64,000 nucleotides of DNA from the human T2T-CHM13v2.0 reference genome, Homo sapiens: assembly GCF_009914755.1 (NCBI RefSeq), contig NC_060934.1. One strand, given 5' to 3'. Under the pieces are notes generated by a model. It saw only the letters and a list, made by a program, of their open reading frames with translations. It did no database searches and was not told where the DNA came from. Shown piece after piece: positions 15,183-29,180 of the stretch (position 1 is the first letter of the stretch; each line of letters starts with the position of its first letter). Both the position numbers and the translations under genes were made by a program.

Positions 15183-17099
15183 AGGAAAAAATTCTTAAGC
15201 ACGATGCCTAGTAGAATATTCTATAGAGGCTAAGGGAAAAAGAATGGAAGAATATCAATGTTTGATTGGGATCCCTTCCTGGCTTCACCCTGTTTCTGGG
15301 CCTTGCTTCTCTGCCTTGAGTCCCCACCATCCATTCTCCCGAGAGGACCCCCTCCTTCAGTTCTTCACAGTGCGCCTCACCACACAATTAAAAAACCTCT
15401 CATGCCCTGGCCCCTGCAGCCATTCTTCAATTGAGGTACAACTTGCATATACTAAACCAATCTTAAGGGTCCAGACGGGTGAATTTTTACAGTGTAGCCC
15501 ATTTCCCCAGGACATTTTGGAGGTCCCACTAATTCATAGCCTCACATTTCCCAAAGCATGGTGTATGTGGTCCAGCTAATAAGCAGAGCTTGGGCACAGT
15601 AGACTCTGGTGGGTTCTGGCTTCTGAGTCAAGCGAAATAGTGCAGGGTGTACTGTGCACCCCATGGGCGAGTTCCTTCCCGGGTCCCTATCAGTGTGGGG
15701 GTGAAGATGTGCTTCCTCCATCTTCCTGGGGCCTGCTGGTCTGTGGGGAAGTCTCGGACAACACACATTCACCCTTTCCAAAAACAGATGATAATTTGCA
15801 GAGAGAAAATCTTTTAAAATCTCTTAAAACCAACTCAGAGAACTGTTTTCCTAAAGGCAACATGTTCAGGGTTTCTCTGCTCCTGGTGAAGACAGTATTT
15901 CATATTGTTATTGAAAGCCGTTGTCAGGGTCCCCTTGTCACCCTCCTGGCTCCAGATCATGCCTTGTTCACACAAGTGGTACCCACCACTGTGCCTTTCA
16001 AATTCAACATCAGTCTGCTCCAGCCATGAACATTAGATACCTGAAGAATGGGCAGGGGAATTTTCATTTCTCTTCACTTAAGTTCAGCTCAAATTGTGGG
16101 CATGGCTTCCTCCCTCCCCATCCATCTCTCTAAGTATAACAGGAATTAACAGATGCCTTCATTTCTCCCCTTGTGCAGAGCAAGATCTGGGGCACCAGGA
16201 ACATTTTGCTGGGATGTACCTGGTATTGCACTCTTTTTATTAATGTTCTGAGCTACATGTTGTGAACTACGGATGGCCAGGTTCAGGGCTTTCTCTGGTC
16301 TAGCAAGATTTTCTTTTCAACTCTGACTATTTCTTCTTTCTGTGCTGGTTTTCCCTTCTGCAGTATTGCTTGTTGCAGTGACCTTTCTGTCTGCATCTTT
16401 GAGTTTTTGGCTGCCCATCATTGACCCCAGCTTGATGTCTTTTTGGGGAATTGCATTTCCCTCCTTGGGTGCATTCTGGTGGGATTGGTTATCTGGGAGT
16501 CCTGCCCTCTCCTCACTAAGGAATGTGAGTCTTCGCCCTGGAATTTGAATTTCCAGCAGAGTGATAAAAAGTCCGACTGTGGCTGGAGTTCATTTTCTTC
16601 CACGATTGTGTCTGGATGAGACTGTTGAGTAGTCCCTGCTCTCCCAACCCGGGCAAGCATTCTGCGCTGTCCCAGCCTGCATCTCTAGCCTTGCTTGGAC
16701 GATGCAGTGAACTCCCTGACTCCTGCCAGTAGCTTCCCTCTGGGCTTAAGAACCGGAGCTGGTTCTCGGAAACTTAAGCAATCAAAGAAACATCACTGAT
16801 GCACTTACGCATAGGCTGCCTCTTTTTGATATCTCTTCCTCCTGTTTATTGTTTTAATATCTTTTCCTCCTTTCATTGAGTTTTTCTTGCACTTCAATTT
16901 TTTTTTTTTTTTTTTGGCAGCTTCCAAACTTTTGAATGTTGCTGTCATGTGTTTGTCATAATCTGGCCCCAACTTATTTCTTGTAGCTTCATCTTTAGCC
17001 TTTGCCCCTCTGTCCTGCTCAATATATTCAGCCACAATAATTGGATTTTCTTCCTCATACTGTCATTTTTCACTCTAACCTTCCTGCAAGCACACATCG

Positions 17100-17470
17100 G
17101 GTATTTTCTTGTCCTAAAATATTATTTCCTTGCTTTTCATTCAGGCACACTTTTACTTGTAGAAAATATTGCTCAAACACCATCTCTTCTTCAAAGCCTG
17201 TTCTTTCTTCTCTAAAAAATGAAGAAAAACTCCATTTTTACGCTCCCTTTATTGGAAACCCTTAGCACTTGGTCTTTTTTTGATCTGTCACTTGAATTGT
17301 ATTTATTTTCAGCATGTCTCTCTTTTCCAATAGACTGTGAGCTTCTTGAAGACAAAGTCTGTGCTTTACTTACCTCTGTATTATATATTTAGTATCTTGC
17401 ACAGTGCCTGACATTTTTTCATGTCCCCAACGAATTATTGGCTGATCGAATGTCTGAGTGAATAGATGAA
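17100..17470 (+). mobile_element. L2 3' end
   Basis: tagactgtgagcttcttga...acagtgcctgaca...gaat-type tail. Confidence 0.65.
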
Positions 17471-17704
17471 GGTTGCTAACAGAACACCCTTCTCTGCAGT
17501 AGACGTGGACTCTTTGGTTGTGTGTCCTTAGCCTGCTGTTGGGCTCTGGCATATTTTGAGCATGCATAAGTTGTTTAGATATGTGACTCTCCTTTGTAGC
17601 AATTAGACAGTGACAGTGTTCATGACTATTGGACCTGGGCATCCTACTTCTGACACCAAAATTTCTGACCTTGCCAAATATAAGAAAACATTGATTCACT
17701 TCTC

Positions 17705-17870
17705 TATATAAGCAATATTTATTGAGTATCTGCAGTGCAAAAAGCTCAGTACTGGTCACTAGGTGAGACACACAGACAAATCTGAAACACATACGGTCCT
17801 CAAGGAAGACACAGTAGAGAAATGTGTTGTTACAAATAACCATCAGCTAGGTGAAGAGTGTTGGGAACCA
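17705..17870 (-). mobile_element. L2 3' fragment
   Basis: atatttattgagtatct... matches the reverse L2 terminus. Confidence 0.55.
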
Positions 17871-18984
17871 CAAAATATTTACACCCCACATATTTGAATA
17901 GGCCCTTAAAACATGGTCCATGATTCAATATGAGGAGATGAAAAGGAGGCAATTTTGATGTACTCACTTACAAAGAGGTAACTTTTTTCATTTTTCATAT
18001 AATTAAGTGTATATTTCTGATATTATAAAGGACTTATTTGGAGACTTTTCATTTATAATTTGAGCTGATCTTGACTTTCTCATGGAGACTGTTTACCTTG
18101 GAATCCTTAAAAATGTCTTTAAGTGACTCTTTGAATAGGAAAACACTCCTACACAGTCCAGGGAGATTTGTTTTTTCTTGACATTTTCATCAAGTTTTCA
18201 CAACAAAAGAGAAAATTTAATTCAAGCATTTTGAGTTTTTGTGTTCAGGTCTTTTTCCCATAGTTCCCACACAGGAGAGAAATCTGATCCACAGAGAGAC
18301 AGCAGCCATGAAGAAGATCACAGACTCAGGCCACTCAGCATGGAAAGGCACCTGCGATCTCAGCCAGCCACAGTCAGCTTTGATCTGCCTTTCTAGAATC
18401 TTCTGTAGTTGGTAAAGTTGGCGAGGATTTAGTATTTACCTCTCTTCTTAAAGTTAGTGCATGAACAAAGACACACTCAATTATGGTGGTCCTTAGAGGA
18501 AATGACCCCGTACAAGAGTTGCGGCACAAGAGAAATGTGAGGCCTTCAGAAGATCCGGACAGACAGAATGACATCCTTGGCTTGGCTGGGGTTACCAGAT
18601 TATCAGCAGTGGGTTGGTCAGGAGGAACTGGGATTCTTATCAGAACAACTGCATTTCCTTTAGAGGTCATTCTATGAAAGTGTGTCCAGCAAATGGTCAG
18701 GATTCTCCTTGTAGGCCGTGTGTTCAGCCATTCTCAACAAATCCATAACATTCTGAGTTAAAGAATCCCTCAAGATACAGCTAAATATACATATAATGAG
18801 TGAGTGCAATATACCTGATCTCTAGAGTTAGCACTGGGGTGGGAAAAACTGGATAAGTAGAATTCTGTTTGGAAACACTGCAGATAACAACATTGTTTTC
18901 AAATTCACAGACCTAAACTCAATGATTTACACATGGGTACGTATTTGTTTACTTATCATCCATCTGCCAGTCCTAAACTTAGGT

Positions 18985-19500
18985 GCATTTATGAATATTT
19001 ATTGAGTACCTGTTATAAAGAATTGTACCAAATATTTTTTTCTGGGGTGTACAGATAATTATGACAAAAAGAGCTCTGCCTTTAAGAGTTTTCCAATGTA
19101 GTTGAGAAATTAAGACATATATATGCAAAATAATAAGAGTATGAGTGGTAAGAATGGCTGAAAGTGGCAGGGGAAGGTTTCTCCATGGTGTTACAGATCC
19201 AGTGTTAAAGGAATCATGCTAAGAGACACTCAGGGGAACAGGTCTCTGCACACCTTTGGGACGACTGCAGGACTTGGGGGGCAGGAATTGAGGTAACATT
19301 TGGAGGGGTTAGCAGAGTTTGCCTGGTCTATAGAGGAGGAGGGAAGGTATTAAGGGAGAATTCTCAGCTTGAGTGAAAGCCTAAAGATCAGAAAATGTCC
19401 AGGATAGCCTGGGGTGATGAGTGAGCCAGCTGTACAGGGTATGTAGAGGGGAAGAGGTGGGAGGTGAGAATGGAAGATACTCTGGGGCCAGACTGGAGAG
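18985..19500 (-). mobile_element. L2 fragment
   Basis: Reverse L2 3' motifs (atttattgagtacct, gaggtaacatttg); boundaries approximate. Confidence 0.5.
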
Positions 19501-20323
19501 GTGAAATTAGATTATCTGTGTCTTGAAGGGCACACAAGTCAAAAAAAGTAGAAGTAAGTTTTTCCTTTAAACCCTATAATTTTAATTTTTCTGTTAACTT
19601 GCAAGCATAGTCTCGTATCATGAAAACACCAATAAATTGGCAATGAGAGGCCTTGGAGTTCATGGCTGTCAGCTGGTCCACAGCAAATCCCACTCTCCCT
19701 GGGCGTCAAGTAAAATGCAAGCACAGGAATGAAAAGCCACTTAGGCCCCATCCAGCCCTGAGATCTCGCCATCTCTTTGCTCCCTGTCAAATATCCTGGG
19801 TGAGGTGATCCATTGTCCCACAAGTGGGCCATTTTTGGAAAGCACAGAGTTCATAATTTGGAGAAATTGGAGTGACCGATTTCTGCTTTTATTTCTGTAT
19901 TCAAAAAAGGAAGAAAGAAAAAAGAAACAAGCTGGTGAGCCCAGAGAAAACAAAAACCCATTTGATAAATATTCTCCCAGTTATTAGTAAATTCTGACAA
20001 AAGAGACATCTCAGTCCTCAAATACCAATGGGTGGTAGAGAACAGTGAGAAGCATTCTGTCCAGCAAATCATCCCTGCCTTGGAGCAGATTTTGTTGGGT
20101 GGTGGTCCGATTCCATCTGTAGCAGCCAGGAGAGCTTCACCGAGAGCTCTGAGAGCAGAGCATGGATGGCAGGTCTTAGGCAAGGCTCTGATGAGCTTCA
20201 TGTTTCAATGTGCTTTCCAAGAAGGCACCGGAGAATTTGAGAATGAACACAATGAACAGTGCACACCTTTATTGAGTGGGCAACTCGTTACTTTCTCCCA
20301 AGAAACAAAACAGAATTAAAGAC

Positions 20324-20619
20324 TTTTTTTTTCTTTTTGAGATGGAGTCTTTCTCTGTCGTCCAGGTTGGAGTGTGGTGGCATGATCTAGGCTCACTGCA
20401 ACCTCTGCCTCCCAGGTGCAAGTGATTCTCCTGCCTCAGCCTCCTGAGTAGCTGGGATTACAGGCACCCGCCACCATGCCTGGCTAATTTTTGTATTTTT
20501 AGTAGAGACGGAGTTTCACCATGTTGGTCAGGCTGGTCTCAAACTCCTGACCTCGTGATCCGCCCGCCGTAGCCTCCCAAAGTGTTGGGATTACAGTCAT
20601 GAGCCTACTGCACCTTGCC
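20324..20619 (-). mobile_element. AluS (Sc/Sg-like)
   Basis: Reverse Alu dimer; TSD agaattaaagac. Confidence 0.95.
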
Positions 20620-21469
20620 AGAATTAAAGACATTTTAAGAAGAAAGGTCAATCTATCTCAAAAGGTTACTTTAAAACCTGAAAGGATGTCTACTGGAAAG
20701 ACAAAATGATCAGCACCAAACAGCAATTACCTTTGCACCCACCTAGTAAATCATCTGAAGGTATTGTTAAATGGAACTTTTAAATACAAGTTTCCAGTTG
20801 GATTGGCCAGGTCATTTAAAAACATAGTATTAAGTAAAAGAATGTTTGCACGAGTCAGGCGACCATCATTTACTGAGGCCATTCCCATTTTCTGCTGAAG
20901 AATGTGCAGAGCTGGGTGGTTTCCCATTATTTCTGGGGTTTGCAGCCACTTTCTCCCTTTGTATGTGGACGGAATTAATTTCCCCACGGATAGGCTAGGT
21001 GGACTCTGTGGGATCCTGGTGACTACCACTTTTGGATTGTTTTCAAATGACAGAGTGCTCTACGGAATTAATTGAGTCATTATATAATGAGTAGAATTCA
21101 ATTATCTTCATTTTTTTAAAAAAGGCTATGATTATCATTAGTAGTATTTTTTCTTGTTTTGAAGAGTTTTGTTCAACAATAATAAAAAAGCAATTAGAAA
21201 TATAAAATCATGGAAACTCTCATACCATTAAGAGGCCATTAAACTTGGCAAGAATTGCTACATTCGAAATTTTGGTCTCATTCCCTAGTCTTTGGATTAC
21301 ATTAAAAAAAAGTGATTACATAAATTTTAATAAAATAAATGATGTTTGGCTAAATCTTATGTATTTCTTTGGGGAAAAGGCAAAACCTTGTGAATTTAAG
21401 ATGAAGAAGCACACTTAATTCTTTATTACTCTTTATTATTGTTTTGAATCCAACATTTAATTATCAAAA

Positions 21470-22310
21470 ATGGATCCAAATTTTCGGGGGGCCTGAAGCT
21501 TATACAACTTTGAAGGGCCCTCTTTAAATTATGAATATAAAGTTAGGTATGAAATTGAACATTTATTTATTAATTACTTTTATAGTGATGGGGCCTCTCT
21601 ATGCTGCCCTGGCTGGGTCTCTCTATTTACAGGCACAATTATCACACTCTGCAGCTTGGAATTCCTGGGCTCAAGCATTCTCTCACCTCAGCCACGCAGG
21701 TAGATGGGATAACAGGTGCTCACCACTGCACAGGGCTGAATGTTTGTTCAGGGTGAAAAAAAATCACATCGCATCACAAACTTAGAAATTCCACAGACAT
21801 TACCATAGACAACAATGTCCTTTTAGACTAATCCATAATATGCTGCTAAAATACTTTTCCCAGATATTTCCTTGATTTTTGTTGTACTTGTTAGATGGCT
21901 GAAGGATTTTCCACAGACTGGCTTCCACTTTTATTTGTTACAAACACTTCCTCCTATCACTGAACAACATGGGACTCATTCTCATAACAATGAAACTTCT
22001 GGCCCTGACCTGTGTCAGGATGGCAAGTGAGTTGGCAGGGTGGGCAGGATTATTCCTGGAAACGATTCCTACCTTAGATGGCTAGTAATACCTATCCACA
22101 GAAGTGATGCAAACTATATAAATATGTCCCTCTAGATCTAAATTAAAAGTACCTTCAACTTACCTCTTTAACCAGCATCCAAAACTGCCCCCACCTCTCT
22201 GCCTGACACTGTGGTAAGGGTAACAGTGGAAAAGCTGGGGGGCAAAGAGACATGAGTCTCAGTGGACTGCGGTTAAAATACCTATCTCTGCAAGTTACAC
22301 AGAAAACATG
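21470..22310 (+). mobile_element. hAT-Tip100-type DNA transposon remnant (Zaphod/MER115-like), interrupted by a FAM
   Basis: Starts ggatcca...ggggcctgaagcttatacaa...gggccctcttta, resembling the remembered consensus 5' end. Confidence 0.45.
21575..21736 (-). mobile_element. FAM (fossil Alu monomer)
   Basis: Monomer retaining the 7SL-like ctatttacaggcacaat segment absent from dimeric Alu arms. Confidence 0.7.
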
Positions 22311-22317
22311 TAGTCTC

Positions 22318-23082
22318 TTGAATGTTCATTGCTGTGCTATTCACAATAGCAAAGACATGGAACCAACCCAGGTGCCCAGCAATGGTAGGTTGCATGAAGA
22401 AAATGTGGCAAATATATACCATGGAATACTATGTGGCCACAAAAAAGGATGAAATCATATCCTTTGCAGTAACACAGACGGAGCTAGAGGGCAAAATCCT
22501 AAGCAAATTAATGCAGGAACAGAAAACCAAATATCACATGTTCTCACTTACCTGTGGGAGCTAAGCATTGAGCACACATGGACACAAAGATGGGAGCAAT
22601 AGACACCATGGACTCCTAGAGGGTGGAGGAAGGTGAGGGTGGGTTTAAAACTGCCAACTGGAGCCAGGCACGGTGCCTCATATCTGTAATCCCAGCACTT
22701 TGGGAGGCTGAGGCAGGCGGATCACTTAAGGTCGGGAGTTCGGGACCAACCTGGCCAACGTGGGGAAATTAATTTCATCACACAGAAAGGCAGAAAGTGG
22801 CTGCAAACCCCAGAAATAATGGGAAACCACCCAGTTCTGCACATTCTTCAACAGAAAATGGAAATGGCCTCAGTAAATGATGGTCACCTGTCTCACTTAA
22901 AAGTAGTGAACCCCCAACTAAAAATACAAAAATTAGCCAGGCGTGGTGGCACGTGCCTGTAAGCCCAGCTACTCGGGAGGCTGAGGCAGGAGAACTGCTT
23001 CAACCTGGGGGATGGACGTTGCAGATAGCCGCGATCACGCTGCTGCACTCCAGCTGGGGCAACAGAGCGATACTCCATCTCA

Positions 23083-23133
<51 letters not shown>

Positions 23134-23245
23134 CTGCTCAATACCTGCGTGATGGGATCCGTACTCCAAACCTCAGATCACGCAGTATTCCCACATAACA
23201 AATCTGCACATGTACACCCTGTATCTAAAACAAGAGTTGAAATTA
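22318..23245 (+). mobile_element. L1PB/old L1PA 3' end, interrupted by an Alu
   Basis: ORF 22322..22564 (MFIAVLFTIAKTWNQPRCP...) is the L1 ORF2p C-terminus; the 3'UTR resumes near 23135. Confidence 0.9.
22662..23133 (+). mobile_element. AluS carrying a non-Alu insertion, with (AAT)n tail
   Basis: Left arm breaks at about 22760 and resumes at about 22905; (AAT)n at about 23083-23127. Confidence 0.9.
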
Positions 23246-23479
23246 GCAAAAGAGTATGCCCTTGTCCCAGGCCTTCTCCCAGGGCCTGGGAATGAGGAAT
23301 CTAAACCACGGTGAAGCCACCTCTGCTAATGATGTTTGTTTTTCCTAAATGACTTTTTTTTTTTTTTTTTTTTTTTGGCAAAAGGAATGTGAGACAGTCT
23401 TCTTCAGGAAGGTAATCCGTGTCCCCCTCCATCAGTGCCTTCAGGTGCTGGGCATTTCAGTTTACAGCCCTGCTCCCTC

Positions 23480-23870
23480 TGCCGTCCTTGCTGCCTGTAG
23501 GTCCTGGCTCAGTCCTGGTGACTTCCAGGTCATTTCCTCCCTCGCCTTGACCATGCCGGGCCCAGCCTCTTTCACTCAAGCCAGGGCTTCCTCTGGGCCA
23601 GTCTGCGCCAGGCTTCTCCGTGTGACCCCCGCCGCCTGCCCTCCCGCCGCTGTCTTAGCCGCACCCCCGGACCTCCCAGGGCGCTCAGCAGTTCCGCCTC
23701 TGTTTCCAGCAGCTTCTCCACACCTCCGTCTTCCCACCGTGCAGCCTGGACGCCAGGCCTGTCGCTTGCAGCCCCCTCGGGACCTTCTGGCCTCCCCGTC
23801 AGCCTCGAGGTCGGCTCTCATCAGAAGCTCAGGGGTTGCTCGTTGCCCCCTCGCCTCCCACGCCCACCTC
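23480..23870. promoter_or_regulatory. Small CpG-island-like patch
   Basis: About 24 CpG in about 390 bp of high-GC sequence with GC-box-like cccgcc motifs, in an otherwise CpG-poor window. Confidence 0.5.
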
Positions 23871-23959
23871 CCCCACAGGAAATAAAGACTCTCCTCTGCC
23901 ACTCCCACAGTTTACTCTGGCTAAAATCAACAGTGGCTCTTGATTGATAAATCCTGCGG

Positions 23960-25250
23960 ATACTTAATTTTTAAAATTATGAAATAGATCAAGCATTTTG
24001 AAAAACACAGATCATAATAGGATACTCTCATCTGCCCAATAGTCAGATACAGAGACCCTATATTTTGCTTAAGGTGTGTAAAGTGTTTTTTTTTTGTTGT
24101 TGTTTTTTAGCAATAAAATGTAAAGTTTTTTTTCTTTGGCGATTATGAAGTTTTAAGATTTAAAAGTAGTGTTATTTTATGTGTTTTAAAAATGCACACA
24201 AATGGTAATGCGCTGCATATTTTTGGTTTATCCTTTTTTTTTTTTTTTCTTGAGGTAGAGTCTCGCTCTGTCGCCCAGGCCGGAGTGCAGTGACACCATC
24301 TTGGCTCACAGCAGTTCTGGAACAGAAAGTTCCAGAATGCTATATGCAGCACATTATTCTCTAATTTGCTTTTCTTATTCAAATCAGTGTTTTTGACATT
24401 TATCCATATTCCTATAGCTATATCTTGTTTATTTTAATTTTTTGAAAGTGGTTGTATTTTATGAGATCCTGCAATTTCCTTGATCCTTTTCTCCATTGAC
24501 AGAACTGCAGATTGTTCCCAGCTGTTCAATATTTCAAGCAATGCTGCAATAAAAATTCTAGCACAATGCCTCTTGTGTCCACATGGTAAAGGCACACTTT
24601 GTAACAGTATTCACGGGTCATAGAGCACGCCTATGGACACTTTACTAGATGTTAACAAACTGTCTCCATAGTAGTATATCAACTGATGCAACCATTAGCA
24701 TCATGGTCGCTTCCATTTCCCCACATCCTTGCCAATACCTGGAATTTTAATACTTTAAAGTTTTTCCAATATTATGGATATGGAATGGCGTCTTTTAATT
24801 TCCAGTGACCTCATGATGACAGAGTTTGGGTATCTTTTTGTGAATTTCCTGTTTGCATTCTTCAACTGCTTGCCTATTATCTGGGGTTCTTTATATATTA
24901 TCACTACTAATCTTTTATTCTTTGGGAGTAATTTTCTCTTTTTAAACATTGTATGTGTGATTGCCATATATACTGAGCAGAGGGAGTTTGACAAATCATG
25001 GCCTTACAGTGCTATCTTCACTAGAAGTTCTTGGTTTTGTTTCCTATTTTGTGCTTTTTTAATGGCTTTTGAAGTAACAGTTATTCACTGTATGAAATTT
25101 GGGAGTTTGAGAAAAGTGTCAAGGAAAAATTGCCCATTTCTGGGGCAATCACTGATAAAATTTTGGCATATTTTCTTCTTGCCGATTTTATTTTTCAGTA
25201 TATATTTGTTCTTTTTTTTAAGATGCATTTTTGCATTCTGTTTTTCAGCT
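23960..25250 (-). mobile_element. Old L1M (L1MC/ME-like) 3' region
   Basis: Reverse L1 motifs such as ttccatttccccacatccttgccaatac and tttttgtgaatttcctgtt. Confidence 0.65.
24234..24313 (-). mobile_element. Short 3' fragment of an Alu right arm
   Basis: Poly-T followed by gagtctcgctctgtcgcccaggc...ggctcac. Confidence 0.85.
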
Positions 25251-25261
25251 TATCTCTCTCT

Positions 25262-25584
<323 letters not shown>

Positions 25585-27849
25585 TGTTTTTTGGCTTATC
25601 CTAATGGACATATTCTGTTTTTTGTTTGTTTGCTTTAATACATTTCTATTTACATATATTCTATCAGGGAGGGAAATCTTTTTTTTTCTTTGAAGGAAGT
25701 TGCATAGCAGGATACGTGGTTCATCGTGGGATAATCCTGAGAGTTCAGATGGCCTGAGCAATCTGATCTTTCTCAGTTTGTGCCTAACCAAAACCCAATG
25801 TGTTCTCAGAAAGTGTCATGGACTATGGCTATGGCCTCCTGAAGTGACCTTTCTCAGTCTTTCTTACTAAGAGAATCTGGCTGAATATATTCCTTCGTAG
25901 AACTAACTCTTGCATTTGAGACAGAAGGGCAACATTTTATATATATATACTGCCTTTCCCAGTCTGAGATTTATATTCTTAGAGTAAAAATATGTGAAGA
26001 TATAAATCCAGAAAAATTTTGTTTTGTATCTTTTGGTTTATCTTCTCAAATACGGAAAACACCACGACTCTCCACCTCCTAGTAGCATTCTTGAACTTCT
26101 TCAGTTAAAATGGAATTTTTTTTAGACTAGATGATTCAAATAATTTAAAATATCAGACTCTCTTTCAGTAAGTAAAGTAAGATATTCTGTTGGAAAGATT
26201 GTCTCCAAAGCTCTGAATGGGTAGTCAGAGAATGTGCCAGCAACATAAAAATCCTCCTTCAGCTGGGGGTGTCTTCTGATAAAGACATTTCTTAGCTTGT
26301 CCCTGTGAGAAATTAGTTCACAAGTCTTTTCTGTTGACACATTCTTCTCTTGTCCCAGGAATGTGAGTTTCAGAAATATGCTGAGCTGATCCTAGAAAGG
26401 TTTCAAAGTCCTCGGCAGCTCAATGCTTTTGGGACAAGTTTGTTTGTTTTAATAAAAGTTAAAATAAATAATTTAGGCAATTAATTGAAAAGATGAATAC
26501 GATTTCAAGTCTGTATAGCCATTGTCCTGGTTTACCCTACTTGAAAAGTATTTGTAAATACCCTATCCCAGCAGTTATTTGCCTATTATGATGTGGATTT
26601 CAGTGCAACTTTCACATGACTCTTTCGGCATTTGCCAATCTCTTTTGCTGATTCAAGACAGAAAATCTTGGATAGAAAATACCTAGGCACTGAGCTGTTC
26701 TCTTTATTTTATTTCTGCTACCGATGATCATCCTCATCATTTTTCACTGAAATTCTAAATGGAAATCCATAATTGTGTTTCGGAAAAACTGTTATATATA
26801 TAATTTTTTTATTCTTTAGATACATTGATTGAATTTCCAGGCAGCAAAGCTAAGTGATTTGGAACTCACTTTTCAGTGTTTATCTGTGGTTGCACACAGG
26901 CCCTTCTGTAACTCTTTTCTGGAGTTCCCTCTCCTCTTCTTCGAAATCCCCTTTAGACTTTTGGTTAATATATGCTATTCATTTTCCCCAGGAAAATTCA
27001 GCTCTGGAGCCTGGTGACAGATCTGATTCTGTGTAATTGATGATGAGTATAAATTTCAGTTGCTTCTGTTCTTTGTAGCAAGGGCAGGGATGTAAGGTCA
27101 TATTGGTGAGGCCCAGACTCTAAGACTAAGGGCCTTTTGTGTTTTCTTAAGATTTCAGGAAGTTTGAGTCGTTTATTTAGTGTAGCACAGTTAAGACACA
27201 TTAGACGGGTTTCTCTGAAACTAAGTCATTCACGTGTCTACCTTTTGCTAAACTGTAGAACCGTCCCTGGTTCTGATAATGTCGCAAGGCCCTATGTGAA
27301 GGTGAGAAGCTACACCTTTAAGTTTATGACATTTTAACTAGGCATGGCCCAATTAACCTCTGCCCTTTCTCGAGTTCATCAGGAAATAGACTCTAAATAC
27401 TCATTGCTTAATGGTAGGTTTGTGGTTATAATTACACATTACCAAAATTAAGTCTAGTAACAGGAAATGTGTGAGAACTAATCTATAGAAACAAAAACAA
27501 TCTTTGACTTACCTACAGTTTCATTGGAATTTCTCTCTTGAGTCCATTTTCCTTTAAGTCAATAAAAAGCTGGGGTTGCTTGTTAAAACTTCTTTGTTGG
27601 CAGCCACTTTGTGGCCCCTCTGCTCTGTTTCTTCAGGGGACTGTCCTGAGCTTGAGTGACCACGGGAGGCCTTAGGGAACGCTTAGGATAATCATGGCAG
27701 ATGCCATTCACTTTGATTAGAGCTTCCTAATGTCATAATTTTTTATCTTAATGGTATCCAGAAACACACAGTTGGGTCCATGAATGCATCGAACAGATCA
27801 AGTTTTGCTATGTTTACCTCTGTCAAAGACATATTCTTGGTGGTAGAAA

Positions 27850-28186
27850 CAGTGGGCCCTTGGGATCTCTGGGTCCCACACCTGAAGATTCAACCAATGT
27901 GGATCAAAAATATTTTTTAAAAAAGGATGATTAGGTCTGTATTGAACATATACAGACTTTTACATCTTGTCATTATTCCCTAAATAATACAGTATAATAA
28001 CTGTTTACATAGCATTTGTATTAGGTATTATAAGTAATCTAGAGATGATTTCAAGCATGTCAAAGGGTGTGTGAATGCTATATGCAAATACCACACAATT
28101 TTATATCTGGGACTTGAGCATCTGTGGGTTTTAGTATCTGCAGGAGGCCGTGGAGCCAACCCCTTGCAGATATTGAGGGACAACTG
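27850..28186 (-). mobile_element. MER2 (TcMar-Tigger MITE), full length
   Basis: cag...ctg termini with imperfect TIRs and a 3' TA; internal taagtaatctagagatgattt. Confidence 0.85.
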
Positions 28187-28469
28187 TATAGAACAAATGC
28201 TAAAATCAGCAAACAAATGAAAATATGACTTGTATTATTGAAGGAGATAAGATATGTTCTTCCTACAGGAAGTCTTGGATGGGACCTAGGGGATGTTTCT
28301 GTCCATGCTCTGCAATTGACTGAGGACCCAGGGCCACTTAGTTTCTGTCCTTGCTTTTAAATTTCTGGAATGGAAATAACAGAGCATGCACAGCCTCTGT
28401 ATTTCCCAGAATTTTTTGGCAGCAAGTGAAATACTAGCTTTTAAAAAGCACTTTATAAACATGAAGAAG

Positions 28470-29180
28470 TTAAAAGGTTTAGTGGCTAAAATTCCAAGCT
28501 CTGGAGTTAGACAAACCTGAGTTTGAATCCTATTTGATAGGATTTCTCCCATATACTAGCTATGTGCTCCTGGGCAAGTTGCTTTACTTTTTTTTAACCT
28601 CAGTTCTAATTTGTAGAAGATGGTGAATCACATGCAGCTGAACCTTGAACAATGTGAGGGTTAGAGGCACTGACCCCCTTCACAGTTGAAAATCCTTGTA
28701 TAACTTTTGACTGCCCAAAAACTTGACTACTAATGGTCTACTGTTGACCAGAAGCCTTACCCATTACATAGTCAATTAACACACATTTTATACAACATAT
28801 GTATTCTCTACTGTATTCTTAAAGTAAGCTAGAGAAAAGAAAATATTATTAAGGAAACCATAAGGAAGAGAAAATGTATTTACTATTTGTGAAGTGGAAG
28901 TAGTCACCATAAAGGTCTTCATCCTCATCATCTTCACTTTGAGTAGGCTAAGGAGGAGGAAGAAAAGGAGGGGATTGTCTGGCTGTCTCTGGTGGCAGAG
29001 GCGGAAGAAAATCTACATGTAAGTGATCCTCTGCAGTTCAAATCCATGTTCTTAAAGGGTCAACTGTAGTCTGTCATCTACTTACATAGCTGCAGTGAGG
29101 ATTAAATCAGATGACGGGCACAAAGCGTTCAGAATGCTGTTTGAGATGCAGTAAATATTCCAGCACTGTTAGCTAGCTTG
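28470..29180 (+). mobile_element. MIR split by Tigger2a
   Basis: MIR 5' and core at 28470-28634, MIR 3' part at 29067-29180. Confidence 0.65.
28635..29066 (-). mobile_element. Tigger2a (MER28), full length
   Basis: TIRs cagctgaaccttgaaca / tgttcttaaagggtcaactg; 432 bp. Confidence 0.85.

Noticed and set aside
23349-23885. 178-aa Pro/Ala-rich ORF, the longest in the window
   Set aside because: It starts in a poly-T run, stays open because high GC lowers stop frequency, and has no recognisable domain
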